From Adineta vaga (lineage: Eukaryota; Animalia; Rotifera): 64,000 nucleotides of DNA. The stretch's first letter is position 1. The number at the start of each line of letters is the position of its first letter. Where the stretch lies: the NCBI GenBank assembly GCA_021613535.1, contig CP075495.1:3286001-3350000 (forward strand), in the 5' to 3' direction. The notes beneath the pieces are model-generated. The model was not told the origin of the DNA. It did no database searches and saw nothing but the letters and a program-made list of their open reading frames with translations. The translations under genes were made by a program, and so were the position numbers. Of this stretch, positions 62,040-64,000 are shown one piece after another.

Positions 62040-63694
62040 ATGATGACTAGCAAACGTGATGTATTTGTGAAAACAATCGCAACACGTCGTAGTGTCTATT
62101 CACAGGATCGTCTTGAACAAATTTTAAGTGAATCAATTCAAGCCAAAGAAAAGGAACCGGGTGATCGAACAGCAAAAGATTATCGTCGTATTAAACGTTT
62201 TGATATTGTTGATGTTCAAGGAAAACAACGGTTAGTGGCTGCACGAACAGATAATGATGATAAAGATATACGATTCTTTGTTTCAATTGAAGAAATGTAT
62301 GATATTATTGATTATACACATAAGAAAATGAATCATGGAGGTCGAGATCGTTTATGGCCTATTTTGTCAAAACAATATGCAAATATTCCACGTGAAGTTA
62401 TTCAAACATATTTAAAAATGTGTGATTATTGTTGTAAAAGACGTAAACGTATCAATACAGATAATACGAATGAAAATGGAAATACTAGTTTACATAATGA
62501 AACAAATCATTTAATGGATACAAGTTTAACAAATATTGTTCATGATATTCCAACATTACAACAGCAGACAAATATTATTAAACATGAACAGCAACAGATA
62601 GGAACACCATCACCACCTATTGTTTTACATAATAATACAAATACTACTCTTCATCAACAACAACCAATTGAAAATATATTCGATGGAGGTATGACGATAA
62701 AGAAAAACAAAAATTCTTCATCATAATACTCATCTGATAGTACCTTTAGCTAAAAAACCTATTTTGTTTCTATGTAAACTAAGAGAAAATTTTCTATTAC
62801 ACAAAATGAGACATCTCCTATCTCTAGTTCATATTACTTCAGGCAAAGAATGATTTCTCATATGACACGTTCTTTTTTTCTAGCAAATACACATGTAATG
62901 AATCGTTTATGTGAATATGATTTAATTGATTTACAAAATGCTCATGATGGTGATCATGGTTTTGTTCTTGTATATCAAGATTATTTAACAAAATTTACTC
63001 AATTACGTCCATTAAAAAGTAAATCACATGCGGAATTAGGTACAACATTAATGGATATTTTCTGCATATTTGGTCCACCACTTGTCTTACAATCTAGTGC
63101 TGATCTTCATATTGAAAATTCTTCAATTCAACAGACCCTTGAAGCTGTTTGGCCCGGTAAATAATTTTATTATCGGAATCAAACATAAATTATCAACATT
63201 TTATTTGTTCTTAACTTATAGGTATTCGTCTTTATCAAGATGATTCATCTCAATGGCGTGAATCAGCAAAACTCCGTAATGAACAAATACGTTCAATGAT
63301 TGCAGCTTGGATGTTTGTTAACAACAATCCACGTTGGTCATATGGATTAAAATTTGTACAATTAACATTAAATTCAAATATTAATAATGAATTAAAACGT
63401 TCACCATATGAAGCATTGTTCAAAATGTTACCAGTTCTAAGACCAGCAACAGTTACTTTATCATCTTCAACGACAGATTCTTCTTTACAACATCAGCAAC
63501 AACAACAACAAGCACAACAACATCATCATCATCATCATCATCATTCACAATTACTTCAACCAAATGCAGCAGTCGTTCCACCTTCATCACATTCCCCATC
63601 GGGTAGTGCCACTGAAGGTGATTTCGTGACACCTAATGTGAATATTCTTCCTTCGACAATATCTTCATCGGATCGAATAAAAGCAGAAATGTAA
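62040..63694 (+). CDS. Transposon-derived KRBA2/SCAND3-type (Ginger-like) integrase protein, catalytically degenerate
   Basis: HHCC zinc motif (THKKMNHGGRDR...CDYC). rve-like core YDLIDLQ...YQDYLTKFTQLRPLKSKS...DIFCIFGPPLVLQS...SPYEALF. Two coding introns and a poly-Q/poly-H tail. Confidence 0.85.
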
Positions 63695-64000
63695 AATCTC
63701 TTTGTACAAAAATCAAAGAAAAAATTCTCTCTCTTTCTCTTTTTGTTGATGTTGTTTTTCTTTGTTGTTATTTTCTTTTTTTTTCTTGTTTTGTTTACTT
63801 ACTTTCTGTCTGTCTCAAAGAGTCTCTCTGTCAAACTTGATATGAAGAATGATGATGAGAAATTAAACAACAAAAAAACCTCCCCAAAAAAGCCAAGAAT
63901 TCCTCCTTCTTTTTATCCATTCAAAAAAAACCTGTTTTGTTCTTCCATATGAAATTTTTTTTTCTCTCTTTATATATTTTTTTTCCTTCAAACTGAAAAA

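Noticed and set aside
62040-63694. Active transposon or LTR retroelement
   Set aside because: DDE triad incomplete, no RT/gag/protease, and no LTR or TIR seen. Treated as a domesticated gene.

Overview
AT-rich eukaryotic (animal) genomic DNA with many short (about 50-60 nt) GT-AG introns. Intron size, codon usage and gene content suggest a bdelloid rotifer, which is an inference and not shown directly. About 17 genes were reconstructed by hand-splicing: C2H2 zinc-finger protein (3'-partial), eIF3j, a secreted Cys-repeat/amphipathic-repeat protein, a divergent SPT16 copy with two disabling lesions, a roughly 2,300-aa membrane protein with 8 SUEL-lectin/CUB pairs plus FN2, SF3B1, an HMGB/DSP1-like protein, PAAF1, an orphan ORF, ARHGAP39, G-alpha-o, KIAA0930, an Art8/PRMT6-like methyltransferase, a MEKK4-like atypical kinase, CCDC142, the 3' part of KATNAL2, and a catalytically dead KRBA2/SCAND3-type integrase gene. 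No rRNA, tRNA, CRISPR array or intact transposon was recognised. The most interesting observations are: (1) an operon-like PRMT-MEKK4-CCDC142 cluster whose two enzymes both have remodelled active sites; (2) a putative polyprotein precursor of uncharged amphipathic modules; (3) the 8x SUEL-CUB receptor; (4) SF3B1 candidate poison exons and a natural V1078I-equivalent substitution; (5) a domesticated integrase apparently nested in a KATNAL2 intron; (6) SPT16 pseudogenisation. All family assignments come from recalled motifs, not database searches.
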